Source: Histomonas meleagridis 2922-C6/04-290x (Eukaryota; Protista; Parabasalia). From it: DNA of 64,000 bases. The notes below the pieces were generated by a model that saw only the letters and a program-made list of their open reading frames with translations, was not told the DNA's origin and ran no database searches. The stretch is from positions 302,597-366,596 of the forward strand of contig JAANOX010000256.1 of the NCBI GenBank assembly GCA_020184695.1, read 5' to 3'. Position 1 is the stretch's first letter, and each line of letters opens with the position of its first letter. This document shows, piece after piece, positions 24,594-35,329 of the stretch. Both the position numbers and the translations under genes were made by a program.

Positions 24594-25835
24594 ATGTTCT
24601 CCCTCCTTATTTCATTTGGATTCGCCTTAAATATCTCAGATCTCGTTTTTGGAGTTTGGAGTGGGAGGGAGTATACAACACGAAGAGTAGTTTCTCAAGC
24701 TGGAACATGGTTCCAACTTGTTCCAGAAGTTCATGTTTATAGTGATGAATTTTATAATGAATCTTTAGAAATGGTTATTAATGAAAACGTTCATTCAAAC
24801 ATTGTTTTTCACGATTTTGGACATAAAGGAAATCATTTAATGGGAACTGAATGGGAACATCGTTGGTATTATGCTCAAACTCGCCATCTTCTTACTATGG
24901 CCGATTTATATGAACGTTTTCCTAATAAGAAATGGTATATATGGGCGGATGATGATACATATTTATATCCAAACTCCATTTTAGATTTTTTATCTGCTTA
25001 CAATTCATCAGATTTCTTAGTTTTTGGTGTTATTTATTGCACTTGGAACAATGTTGGTGATCTTATCAAGCCACATCGTTCATGTCATCCATTTGCACAA
25101 GGTGGCGCAGGTGTTTTTTTCTCACATAAAATGATGTCATCAGTAGGACCATATCTTCGTAATTGTAGTGAAATGTTTAATGATCCAAATTTTGCAGGTT
25201 CGATGCGACTTGCAGTTTGCATTGAGCGTTTTGTAGGTTACGAACATTGGAACATTGGCGATTATGCGCGTAATCTTTCTCCTCGTTTACATAGTGGCAA
25301 TCCTCTTCTCGAAACAGAGAATGGCGTCAAAGAACCACTTTCATTTCATAGGATGCGCCATGTACTTTTGTATCAGATATGGAATGCGACAGAGTCAATT
25401 TGGGCTGATTCGGATGGAATTGATTGGAACATTGATTGGGATCATATTACAATGTCCAAATTCCATATAAATATTGGAAATAATAACAAGCCAATGATAT
25501 TACATTGGGGATTTAGAATTCGTTTTGAACATACAAAAGATAAATATTTTTATGCGGTGACAAGACCTGAACCTGTTTTTGATTCGAATGATAGAAAAAG
25601 ATTAAACCCAAAAAAGTTTAGACAGAGATTTGAGGGTAATATAACTTTGCAATTCGTTTGTAATGATGATTACGAAAAAGGAGAAATGGCATTCGAATCA
25701 TATCTGTTCCCTAATGAAGAAGGTACTTCGTTCTACGTGAAATGTAATCAACCAAAAAGGTTCTATTATACAGGCGAAAGAAATAGGAAACCAAGAATAA
25801 TCGAAAAGCCAGAAGATATGTCTAATTATGAATAA
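24594..25835 (+). CDS. GT31 (Fringe/core-1 beta-1,3-galactosyltransferase-like) glycosyltransferase
   Basis: N-terminal hydrophobic signal, KWYIWADDDTY (DxD motif), FAQGGAGVFFS, PLSFH. Confidence 0.85.
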   Translation: MFSLLISFGFALNISDLVFGVWSGREYTTRRVVSQAGTWFQLVPEVHVYSDEFYNESLEMVINENVHSNIVFHDFGHKGNHLMGTEWEHRWYYAQTRHLLTMADLYERFPNKKWYIWADDDTYLYPNSILDFLSAYNSSDFLVFGVIYCTWNNVGDLIKPHRSCHPFAQGGAGVFFSHKMMSSVGPYLRNCSEMFNDPNFAGSMRLAVCIERFVGYEHWNIGDYARNLSPRLHSGNPLLETENGVKEPLSFHRMRHVLLYQIWNATESIWADSDGIDWNIDWDHITMSKFHINIGNNNKPMILHWGFRIRFEHTKDKYFYAVTRPEPVFDSNDRKRLNPKKFRQRFEGNITLQFVCNDDYEKGEMAFESYLFPNEEGTSFYVKCNQPKRFYYTGERNRKPRIIEKPEDMSNYE

Positions 25836-26714
25836 ATATTTTTGTATTTATAAATAAATAATTGTTTCTTTTAATAAATTCAATCAAAACTTTTTACTTT
25901 ATTTTTTAGCTAACGATAGATGAATATGTAAGAAAATAATTCAAACATTTCATACATTTTTTTAAAATATGTTAACTTAATTATGATTTAAAAGAAACAC
26001 TTCGTATAAAGAAACAGAATGATTCATTTGATCTTACATGTTATTTAATGACTTCAAAGTTATGTCAAATCATGTAGTCTATGATCAAGTATTGTTTAGG
26101 CTGTTGATTTTTGTTGAATATACAAACAGGTGCCTGTTGAGATAATTGTTTCTTTAATTATAATTCAATTGATATGTTCTAACAATTATTCTATTGATTA
26201 GAATTAATATATATATATTGCATGCTCAGCATTGATTTGTAAAAAAATCTTTTACTTAGAATATTAAATTACAACAAAATGAAATAATAATAAACTGAAG
26301 TAATATATTCAAACTCAAAAAAAAAAAATAGAATAAAGATATAAAAATTAAAAATCCAATTCAAATTCATAACTTGATTAAGATCTATTTGTTGTATCAA
26401 ATAAATTTTCAATCACTTCAAAATCATATAAAAAAAAAATAAAACAAATTTACATAAAAATACACCAAATAAATTGTTATAAATGAATTCCATTATTTGT
26501 TGTATTATCACCATAATTACATTTATGGAATTAATTTAAATAAAAAACGAAGTAACATAAAGTTTTATTGAATTTAGAATCCTTTATGTTGAATATTTAA
26601 AAAACTTTCATATGAGTTGTTATCCCCCATAAAAGTTGAATCATTTTTGTAACGTTGCGGTTTTGACAGTGAAATCAAAATTTAAAACCGTTTATTAGTC
26701 AATTGGCACCTGAA

Positions 26715-29660
26715 ATGGTTTCAAACGGGCTAATTCTTGCACTCAGGGAAATATGTAATGGCCACTTCCAAGTACCAGAAATAGTCCGCTTATTAAGGTC
26801 AATTGAAGCAGATTTAGTTGCTTTAGAAATTCAATCTACATCACCAAAAGAAATTGCCCCGTACATACATAAGCTATATCAAATTAATAACTTAACAGTA
26901 CACGGGTATCTAATTAAAATCATTACTGAATTAGAGTTACTTGCTCCAAATTCAATTATCGAAAAATATCGGTTTGATTTCTTAATTGCAGCATCACTAG
27001 ATCAGAGGCCACCTGATCCACAACCTAAAGTCGATGAAGAAAAAAATGCTTCTTTTAAAATTATTGCAGTTCTATTAAGACTTAGAAAAAACTTGCCAAA
27101 ATCGATTATAAAGGGACTTGTTTCCCTTTACCAAACCCCAAAGCATACATACAAGCCTTTAATATTGGCATTCTTTTATTCAGCATTTCTTGATTGTCCA
27201 AATTGTCTTGTTGATATTCCTGAAGTTCTTGAAATACTAACAGAGAACATGGCCAGCAATGGCGATAAATTAATGTTCTCACTTCTTGCATATGCAATTG
27301 AGAATTTTTATGGAATAATTTATCAAAAACATATTATCTCACATATCATTTCACCTTTTGGTACATTTACCGACAATTCCTCCAACACAGAAAATGCTAT
27401 TGAACCCTTAGTTAGTCTTTTCCGAACTTGGCCAGGTTTGTTATTTGGATTTCAACAAGATTTGTTCTCTGATTTGCTTCAATATTTATCACATCAAACA
27501 GACTCTATTGCCAAGATATTTTCATCTCTTTTGAAGTTAGTTCCATATGATAATGTATTAGATGGTTATGTTGGTCTTCTTCTATATAATTTAACAAAAC
27601 TCGGACTTATTCCACAACTCCAAAAATTTGGTAAGAATACATATGTATCAACTCTTCTAAATACACTTCTTCCTTATATTACACATGATACTAGTACATT
27701 AGATTTAATTTCCTTATCGAATCATGAATCGAAAATTCTAAAACAGAAAAATATTTCGATGGCATTTAGGCTTTCCCAATTTGCCAAAACAGAGAATGCT
27801 CCACCGCCCACAGTAATAGGCTTTGCATTGCAAGGCGATAATGACTTAACATGGGACTTCACTGCGGTTTATAAAATTTTAAACGTAATTTTACCGTTAA
27901 ACCAAGTTGAAGCTAAAAGCAAATCAGCAAAAGATCTTTATACAAAGTTATTAGATTACTATTCAGGCCCATTCATTCTTAATAAGAATAGTAAGCCAAC
28001 ATCTGTTAAATGTAATTGTTTAGTAGCTTTAGTTAAACTTTTATTAACAGATCAAATGGGATTAGTCATACTTGAAAGTCATCCACTTTTTGTAAAGGCA
28101 TTGACAGCGGCCGTTAAGGACTTTACGGTTTTAATGAAAGCGAATTGGGGTTTTTATCGGTGCGTTGTTGAAATGATGCGTTCACCTGTTGGTGCATCAT
28201 TTTTACAAAAGAACAAAATAACAGAAATTCTTGATCAAGTTACACAAGAATGTACTGAGCCACAAATCGCTGAACAAATGTTAATGTATTTGGATATAAC
28301 TGATACGACATCGATTGGAATTACAATGTTTAATAATTTGTTCCTTTCAAAAATACCCGAAATACACAAACTTACTTTAAAGGTAATTGATAAACTTAAC
28401 GACACAAAAAAAGATTTCGGAACAAACATATTCCCGAACATTGTTATTCCTTTAATTAAATTCGGAAAAGAAAGTAACGAATTCATGGCACTTTTAACCG
28501 AAATATTCAGAAAAGATAAAAAGTGCATCGAAACCGCCGCGGCAGATCCTGAAGTACACAAAGTAATTAGGAAACAATCACATCAAGTTTATGCTTTGTT
28601 GTTCGGAACTGAGGTTGGCCTAAAGGTTGGCGACGTTCCACCTGAAATTAGTTGGTGGCTTGAAACTGGTAATATACAATATGTTAAATCATTTGACGAA
28701 GCTGTAGAAAATTCAATGCGATCTAAACCTGTAAAATTCCCTCCGCATTTGTTCGGACAACTTTCTAAGACAAAAGCTGGGCTTAAACAAATTGCTCCAC
28801 ATATCCAAAAATTGGTTGATCTTCTGACTTCAAAACAAATCGCCGAAAAAAGAGCGGCTTTGTATGCTATTGGTCATTTTGCATCAAATCGTCATGCAAG
28901 TAAGTACGTTGAAAAGTATAATATTCTTGACAAGATATTTTCTCTTGTCAAAAATTGTCATTCTTATGTTCTTCGAGGTTCAGCAATCACTTCCCTTTCA
29001 CTGTTTTATCAAACCAGATATATTTCGGATACTTTTGAGAAAAATGGCTGGACTCGATATAAATTTGGTAATCATTCTGTAATTATTCCAACTGACATTA
29101 CCAGTTTATATGAAGAGGCACCTGTTGTAGAACCAAAACTTCCATCAATTGGAGATCTTAAAGGAAATGAATCAATGGCACTTCTTATCAGAAAGATATC
29201 TAGCCCCATAACTCAGAAACAAGCACGAGCTGAGCTTCAGGAAGTATACAAGAACGAGCCACAGAAGCTTGCAAGCACTGAGCTCAGTAATTACGCCGCA
29301 AAGCTCATGAGGGACTTCATTGTCCAACCGGATAACCGCTTTTTCCTTGTGAGGATATTTGGTCGGGCGCCCCTAGTGAAGTTAACAGATGAAGTGAACA
29401 AAGCCGATGAAGCTAAAGCAGCATATATTCGGGCGAAAATGTTTTGTTTGGTGTCCACTTCTAATGACCTCCCATTGGCAATGGTCAAAATCCCAAGTTA
29501 TTCAATTGATAAAATCATCAAAGATAAGATTTGCAAAGATTGTCCTGAACAATTTGTGAATGAAAGTGACTTTAAATCAGCTTTTGGAGTAGAGAAATCA
29601 GAATTTTATTCATTGTCAGATGAAGAAATCTCGGAAAAAAGAATAAAATTTTTGTCTTAA
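26715..29660 (+). CDS. RICTOR: RICTOR (TORC2 scaffold) homolog
   Basis: Armadillo-like protein of about 980 aa with DFLIAASLD near the N-terminus. KRAALYAIGHFAS...LRGSAITSLSL matches RICTOR domain V (KAALWA.GHIGS...RGT....L.L). First ATG is at 26715. Confidence 0.8.
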   Translation: MVSNGLILALREICNGHFQVPEIVRLLRSIEADLVALEIQSTSPKEIAPYIHKLYQINNLTVHGYLIKIITELELLAPNSIIEKYRFDFLIAASLDQRPPDPQPKVDEEKNASFKIIAVLLRLRKNLPKSIIKGLVSLYQTPKHTYKPLILAFFYSAFLDCPNCLVDIPEVLEILTENMASNGDKLMFSLLAYAIENFYGIIYQKHIISHIISPFGTFTDNSSNTENAIEPLVSLFRTWPGLLFGFQQDLFSDLLQYLSHQTDSIAKIFSSLLKLVPYDNVLDGYVGLLLYNLTKLGLIPQLQKFGKNTYVSTLLNTLLPYITHDTSTLDLISLSNHESKILKQKNISMAFRLSQFAKTENAPPPTVIGFALQGDNDLTWDFTAVYKILNVILPLNQVEAKSKSAKDLYTKLLDYYSGPFILNKNSKPTSVKCNCLVALVKLLLTDQMGLVILESHPLFVKALTAAVKDFTVLMKANWGFYRCVVEMMRSPVGASFLQKNKITEILDQVTQECTEPQIAEQMLMYLDITDTTSIGITMFNNLFLSKIPEIHKLTLKVIDKLNDTKKDFGTNIFPNIVIPLIKFGKESNEFMALLTEIFRKDKKCIETAAADPEVHKVIRKQSHQVYALLFGTEVGLKVGDVPPEISWWLETGNIQYVKSFDEAVENSMRSKPVKFPPHLFGQLSKTKAGLKQIAPHIQKLVDLLTSKQIAEKRAALYAIGHFASNRHASKYVEKYNILDKIFSLVKNCHSYVLRGSAITSLSLFYQTRYISDTFEKNGWTRYKFGNHSVIIPTDITSLYEEAPVVEPKLPSIGDLKGNESMALLIRKISSPITQKQARAELQEVYKNEPQKLASTELSNYAAKLMRDFIVQPDNRFFLVRIFGRAPLVKLTDEVNKADEAKAAYIRAKMFCLVSTSNDLPLAMVKIPSYSIDKIIKDKICKDCPEQFVNESDFKSAFGVEKSEFYSLSDEEISEKRIKFLS

Positions 29661-30144
29661 TTTCGTTTTTTTTTTTTCGTGTTTTTTGTTTTATGGTTTA
29701 TGCAAAAAAGATAATTTTATATGGGAAAATAAAGTCAAATGAAAGATATAAACATAATCATCTTTTGCTTCACATATTCAATTTAAAAATTTTTTGTCTT
29801 CAAAATTCAATTGGTGCACATTTATGGGTTGTAAATTTTCAATACAGCTTTCATAAAAAATCATATCGCACGAAGAGATGATTAAAATTTCAATTTCTTT
29901 ATCTCCTTTTGTCATTCCTTGAAAAATTTCTTTTTTCTCTTTAAACTATTTCTTTAAGAGCAATAAAATGAAAATAAACCAAGAAATTGGTTTGTTATTT
30001 TGTAGAAGGCTTTACCGCTGAACGGGTCATTTTCTTTGCTTTTAATTTTAAGTGCGAAAGATTTTATGACGCACAATAATTGTGAAAAAGTTAACCTGAC
30101 AAACGTTAGCCGATAGAAAAGTGAACCAAAAAATTGTCATAACA

Positions 30145-33100
30145 ATGAATCCTGAGCAATACGCAGCTCGTCTTCCATTGTTTGTACCTTTTGATGAAAC
30201 TCAAACAGGTGAGGTAATTGGAGTTGATCAATTGGCGAATCAACCAATAATGTTTCCAATTTCATACACACTTCTAGATGCTCTTCAATCAATGAAGATC
30301 AAAGATGGATCTCTAAAATATATTGAATCAATTCTTGATGAAATCGCTAAATCTCCCAGCTATTTCTTCCCTTCAGTTCCTCTAATTTTTGAAAGAAATG
30401 GATTATCTGCATTTACACCAGATGATAATCAAGAATATTTATTAAACTGGAAGAGTGTTATCTTACAATATCATAAGTCTATCCTTAATTCTATAGGTTG
30501 GGATGCCTTTTCTAGAGGAAAAAATAGAACTATGAGTACAAATCTTTCTGACGAATTCGAACAATATAAACCTGAGCCAACAACAGGATATAGGAGAACA
30601 GATCAAAGCGTTCGTACACCTCGTACTCCAGGAAGTATAACTATGAGACAACAAAACAAATTTATTGCATCTTTTGATACAAGAGGAGGTCCAAATCGCC
30701 CATCTCCGACCTTTAAGTCCATCCAATATGAAACAGCTCCTCAACTTGATCGTCAAGATACTACAATTCAAAGAGATTTCAGCCAACTGAATCTTGAAGT
30801 TAACTCGATATTTGACTTTCAAATGAACTGTAGTTTCGATTCTACATTATTCCGTGCCATTATACTTGCAATTAATGCGCGCGGATTTCTTGATCGACCA
30901 CTTGGTTATCTTATTCAAAATGAGCTCAATGAACAATTCTCAAATGCGCAAATCCAATTTAGCAAGTCATATAACCCAACTGTTATCTTTGAAAATTATT
31001 ATAATTTAATCATGAAATCAATCATGTCACCAGAAGAAGAAGCCGAAATCATTGGCCTTATTACAAAAGATAACATCTCAGAAGTATTACGAAGAATAGA
31101 TTCATTATTCCCATTTGATGGTGTTCCACATTCAATTTCATTTATTGAGTCAATTGTTGCTCCACTTTGTTACCACGAAAACCCAATGATTGCCTCTAAA
31201 GCTGCAAGCCATTATATGACTATCATTAATGGTCATGGATGGAAAATCTCTAAAACTGAAGTCATCACAGCTGAAAACAAAATGAAGTTTGACACCAATC
31301 TCTTTGTCATAATATCAGCGCCCTCTGAACGAGGCAATGGGTTTACTGTTATAACTGGAAATCAATTGAAAGAATTCCAACCTCAATTATGTGGTTTTTA
31401 TGACTATTGTTTTGCAAGAGTTGGTGAGTTTGGAGAGTATGAAATCGACAAGACAATTCCAGCTGGAAGATATATTGTATTAGCACCATCTGCAAGAAAA
31501 GAAGTAATTCATGAGTTACCAGCATTTGATCAAGATAGGCCCTTAAGGTTCAGTGAGTTAGAATCCAAGCTTCAAAAGTTAGTTGATGCAGGAACTACAG
31601 CAGTTCATATTTCAGGAGCAATTTCACGAAATAATTTGAGTGATTTGACGTCGGTTACCGATCACACTGTTTTTTCAAAGGACTGCGGCGGTTTATCAGA
31701 ATTTAAAGCTTTTTGTGAGCATGCACGATCATTAGGTTTATGTGTTATGATTGATTTTTTACCATTAGTTAGTCTATTTAATTCATCACGAAAATATTCA
31801 CCATATACTACATTAACTACTGATCAAAAGGGTCGTTTAATTACCTCTGATATTCCTAATAGTGATTTAATGTTACTTAATTATCGATCATTAAAGTTTT
31901 GGGAGTTATTATCGAATGAAATCATTGAATTAAGTGAAACGTGTAATATTTCTGGATTTTATTTAGGATCACTTGATCAATGGGATACAGTTTATCATCG
32001 TAATATGAAAGAATTAAATCGAATTGATCCAGATGGTAATACTCATTATCAAATTTCGAATATTATTGAAGGCACAATTTTATCGACTAATGAGAAATGT
32101 AATTTAAGTTATCGAAACATTGAATATTCTCCATTTTTAATGAACTTTATGAAGAAGTTATGGTCCAAGAAACCGAATTCATTTGTATGGATGAATTGTA
32201 ATAGTGAAAATGAACCATTTGTCATTAAAAGTGGTATCATTCCAACGAATTCTGAATTTATAGACATTATCGTTAATACAATTCGTAATTCTATTGATAA
32301 TGAAAATGTAGATAATGTTGATGCAAGTACAGAACTTAAGAAATTATATGAACGTAGGAATCAACGTAATCCAATTGGTTCATTACTTATAGCGCCATTT
32401 GAATCATTAACACAAAAACCATTTACTAATGTACGTTCTGATGGGTTATCAATGTTAATTAACACGTTATTCTTTTTATCAGATGTTCCATTAATTAGTG
32501 GTTGTTTAGACACATCAATGTATGTATCTGATGCATATTCAACAATTAAAAATAATACACAAGTTTATAAATGGTATCCACAAACTAATACATTTACAAA
32601 CATATTAATTAGTCGATCATCAGCTCGAACTAGAGCTGATTGGGCATTAGGAGGAGATATTCATATATTACCAGTATCATATGATTCACATCATATGCAT
32701 GCGATATTAGCGATAGCACGAATTTGTAAAGATAAGAACAAATGTGCATTAATATGTACATCATTTTATAAGTATCCATTAATATATGAAGTTGGAGTAT
32801 TAACTTTACCAATCTTTAAAGATTATGATGAAAATTCAGTTGTACAAGTTAAACCTTTACTTGATACTAATTCATCATCAACATATTATGCATTAAAAGA
32901 AGTCACTACTAATGAATCATCATTATTCTTAGACTTGAAACCATTTAATACTAATGTTTATGAAATTGTTATAATTCCTGCACCAATACCACCAAATGTT
33001 AAACGAATATTAATGGAAAATGTTTATACACGACTTGAGAATGCTATACAATATGATTCTAATACAGTTTTATCGAATAATAGTATCTTTCATGTTATAT

Positions 33101-34854
33101 TAAACATGTTAGATAATGAACCAAGTGATAAAGAAATCATTGATTTTGTTAATAGTTTACCAACTACTGATAAAACTCATATCTTATTCCGTAAAGCTTT
33201 AGTTTATGCTACAAGAAGACAATTTTCTGATGGAAAAATTATTACTATTGAAGATGAAGATATCATTGAAAAACGTGAAAAGAAAGCATTAAATATTATC
33301 CATAAAATTGCAGATTCAAAGATTGAATATATACATAAATTTGGAATTAAAATCCTTAAGTCAAATAATTTCGGACCAATATTATTTGTCGCGCCCGAAT
33401 TAGGACCATTTTCTAAAGTTGGAGGATTATCTACAATGGTATGGGAATTAGCTAAAGAATTAGTACAATTAGGATTAGATATTCATGTAATATCACCATA
33501 TTATAATGTAAATCCTAAAGGAGAAACTGATTATCTAAAGAAATATGGAATAGAATATTTAACAACTATTGATGTATATGCACCAGATAAAATCCAAATT
33601 GGTATTCATTATGGTGTAGTCGATGGAGTTAAATGTTGGTTCTTACATCATTATTCATTCTTTGCTACACCTTATCAATCAGGTTCATGTCAATTTAGAT
33701 TACAATTATTAGTATTAATGGCTAAAGCATCATTAGAATTATGTTGTCAAATGCATTTAATACCAGCAATTATTATATCAAATGATTGGTTCACTGGTTT
33801 AGTACCAGCTATAGGTAAATTACAATTCGGTGGTATCTTTAATGGTACAATATTCTTACATATATTCCATAACTTAGGTGTAGGTTATGCTGGTAAATTA
33901 TGGCCTAATGATGGTAATACTGGTGCTTTATATTATATACATCAATTACCTGATGAAGTTATCGTCGATCCTTTCGATCATTCATTCGATCCTTCATTAT
34001 GTGCATTAGTTAAATGTGATCAATGGGCAACAGTATCGAAACGTTATAGAGATGAATTATTAGAATCGTCGCCTTATAATTACTTCTTACGAATGTTCCC
34101 GAAGCCTTTTGCTTATTCGAATGGTATTCGTGTAGAAGAAAGACTTGAAGCACTTAAGAAATTAGGTCTAAATCATGATGAAGCTAAAGCTAAAGTACAA
34201 GAAAAATATTTCGGTAAGGCTGATCCTTCGAAATGTTTATTTGTATTCGTTGGAAGAATTGTAGAACAAAAAGGTGTTTATTTAATCATTGATTCTTTCG
34301 AAGAATTACATCGTCAATATAATGGTATGTTACAATTCATAGTAGGAGGTCAGGCTGCCCCTGACGATAGGTCGTATGGTTTACCTTGTACTCAAAGAAT
34401 GTGGGATTTGAAACAAAGGTACCCCGATAACTTTTGGGCTGACCCATCTCAATTCTTTTCAGATGGTTTGTTAGCTTGCCAAGGAGCTGACTTCACTATG
34501 GTCCCATCGTTGTTCGAACCGTCGGGTATCGTTCAACAAGAAGCGTTCGCAAGCGGGTGCCCCGTAATAGCATTCAGAACCGGCGGTTTGGCCGATACGG
34601 TCTTCGAGTTCGATAGAGAGAAGTTAACGGGCAACGGTCTGGTGTTTTGGGATCATCACCACAAAGACTTCGTAATGGCAATGCAAAGAGCCGTCGATTT
34701 GTTTAAGGATAAGAAATTGTACCAGAAGTTGAGAGAAAACGCATTCAAGAGCGTGCTGTCAACAACAACAGTGGCAACTGCTTGGAGCAGAGAGTTCGCA
34801 AGGCTCCTTACAAAGTTGTTCGAAAGAAAGGAACCAAAGAAGGACAAAGAGTGA
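30145..34854 (+). CDS. Glycogen synthase: GT5 (bacterial/starch-synthase-like) C-terminal domain fused to a large N-terminal amylase/debranching-like region
   Basis: LFVAPELGPFSKVGGL (KxGGL), SNDWFTGL, HNLG, FVGRIVEQKG and PSLFEPSGIVQQEA. A TCATA Inr-like motif lies just before ATG 30145 (the ORF track starts at GTG 30121). Confidence 0.9.
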   Translation: MNPEQYAARLPLFVPFDETQTGEVIGVDQLANQPIMFPISYTLLDALQSMKIKDGSLKYIESILDEIAKSPSYFFPSVPLIFERNGLSAFTPDDNQEYLLNWKSVILQYHKSILNSIGWDAFSRGKNRTMSTNLSDEFEQYKPEPTTGYRRTDQSVRTPRTPGSITMRQQNKFIASFDTRGGPNRPSPTFKSIQYETAPQLDRQDTTIQRDFSQLNLEVNSIFDFQMNCSFDSTLFRAIILAINARGFLDRPLGYLIQNELNEQFSNAQIQFSKSYNPTVIFENYYNLIMKSIMSPEEEAEIIGLITKDNISEVLRRIDSLFPFDGVPHSISFIESIVAPLCYHENPMIASKAASHYMTIINGHGWKISKTEVITAENKMKFDTNLFVIISAPSERGNGFTVITGNQLKEFQPQLCGFYDYCFARVGEFGEYEIDKTIPAGRYIVLAPSARKEVIHELPAFDQDRPLRFSELESKLQKLVDAGTTAVHISGAISRNNLSDLTSVTDHTVFSKDCGGLSEFKAFCEHARSLGLCVMIDFLPLVSLFNSSRKYSPYTTLTTDQKGRLITSDIPNSDLMLLNYRSLKFWELLSNEIIELSETCNISGFYLGSLDQWDTVYHRNMKELNRIDPDGNTHYQISNIIEGTILSTNEKCNLSYRNIEYSPFLMNFMKKLWSKKPNSFVWMNCNSENEPFVIKSGIIPTNSEFIDIIVNTIRNSIDNENVDNVDASTELKKLYERRNQRNPIGSLLIAPFESLTQKPFTNVRSDGLSMLINTLFFLSDVPLISGCLDTSMYVSDAYSTIKNNTQVYKWYPQTNTFTNILISRSSARTRADWALGGDIHILPVSYDSHHMHAILAIARICKDKNKCALICTSFYKYPLIYEVGVLTLPIFKDYDENSVVQVKPLLDTNSSSTYYALKEVTTNESSLFLDLKPFNTNVYEIVIIPAPIPPNVKRILMENVYTRLENAIQYDSNTVLSNNSIFHVILNMLDNEPSDKEIIDFVNSLPTTDKTHILFRKALVYATRRQFSDGKIITIEDEDIIEKREKKALNIIHKIADSKIEYIHKFGIKILKSNNFGPILFVAPELGPFSKVGGLSTMVWELAKELVQLGLDIHVISPYYNVNPKGETDYLKKYGIEYLTTIDVYAPDKIQIGIHYGVVDGVKCWFLHHYSFFATPYQSGSCQFRLQLLVLMAKASLELCCQMHLIPAIIISNDWFTGLVPAIGKLQFGGIFNGTIFLHIFHNLGVGYAGKLWPNDGNTGALYYIHQLPDEVIVDPFDHSFDPSLCALVKCDQWATVSKRYRDELLESSPYNYFLRMFPKPFAYSNGIRVEERLEALKKLGLNHDEAKAKVQEKYFGKADPSKCLFVFVGRIVEQKGVYLIIDSFEELHRQYNGMLQFIVGGQAAPDDRSYGLPCTQRMWDLKQRYPDNFWADPSQFFSDGLLACQGADFTMVPSLFEPSGIVQQEAFASGCPVIAFRTGGLADTVFEFDREKLTGNGLVFWDHHHKDFVMAMQRAVDLFKDKKLYQKLRENAFKSVLSTTTVATAWSREFARLLTKLFERKEPKKDKE

Positions 34855-35329
34855 AGTAAATGACTTCTGATGATTTATGTGTAATGACTTCAAAATGTGA
34901 AATGTGTTTTGTGGAAATGATATCGAATTTCTCTGCAGAATTTGAAGATCAAAAATAATTTATATGTAAATAAAAATTTCAAATTTTGTGTTTTCATTTG
35001 TTATGTATAATTTAATGAGAAAATTAAATAAATTATGAAAATTGATTATGCATAAATCCAAACTTTTTACTTGGAATGGGAAATCATCTCTCTGTAAAAA
35101 GTTTTAATTAATAAATTGCTTTATTTTAAATGAAAATTTATATAATGCCAGTAGATTTGTTTTGATATATTAGAATGTTTTTATGTTAAGAAAAAATCTT
35201 TCATGAATGTAATATAAAAAAGATTAAAGATAGAAAATTTGATTTATTTTCGCTAAATTTGTTAAATTCAAGCTAGGGGCAAAGAGTAACATTGTAAAAA
35301 AAATGATAAACAGACTACAAATGCATTTC

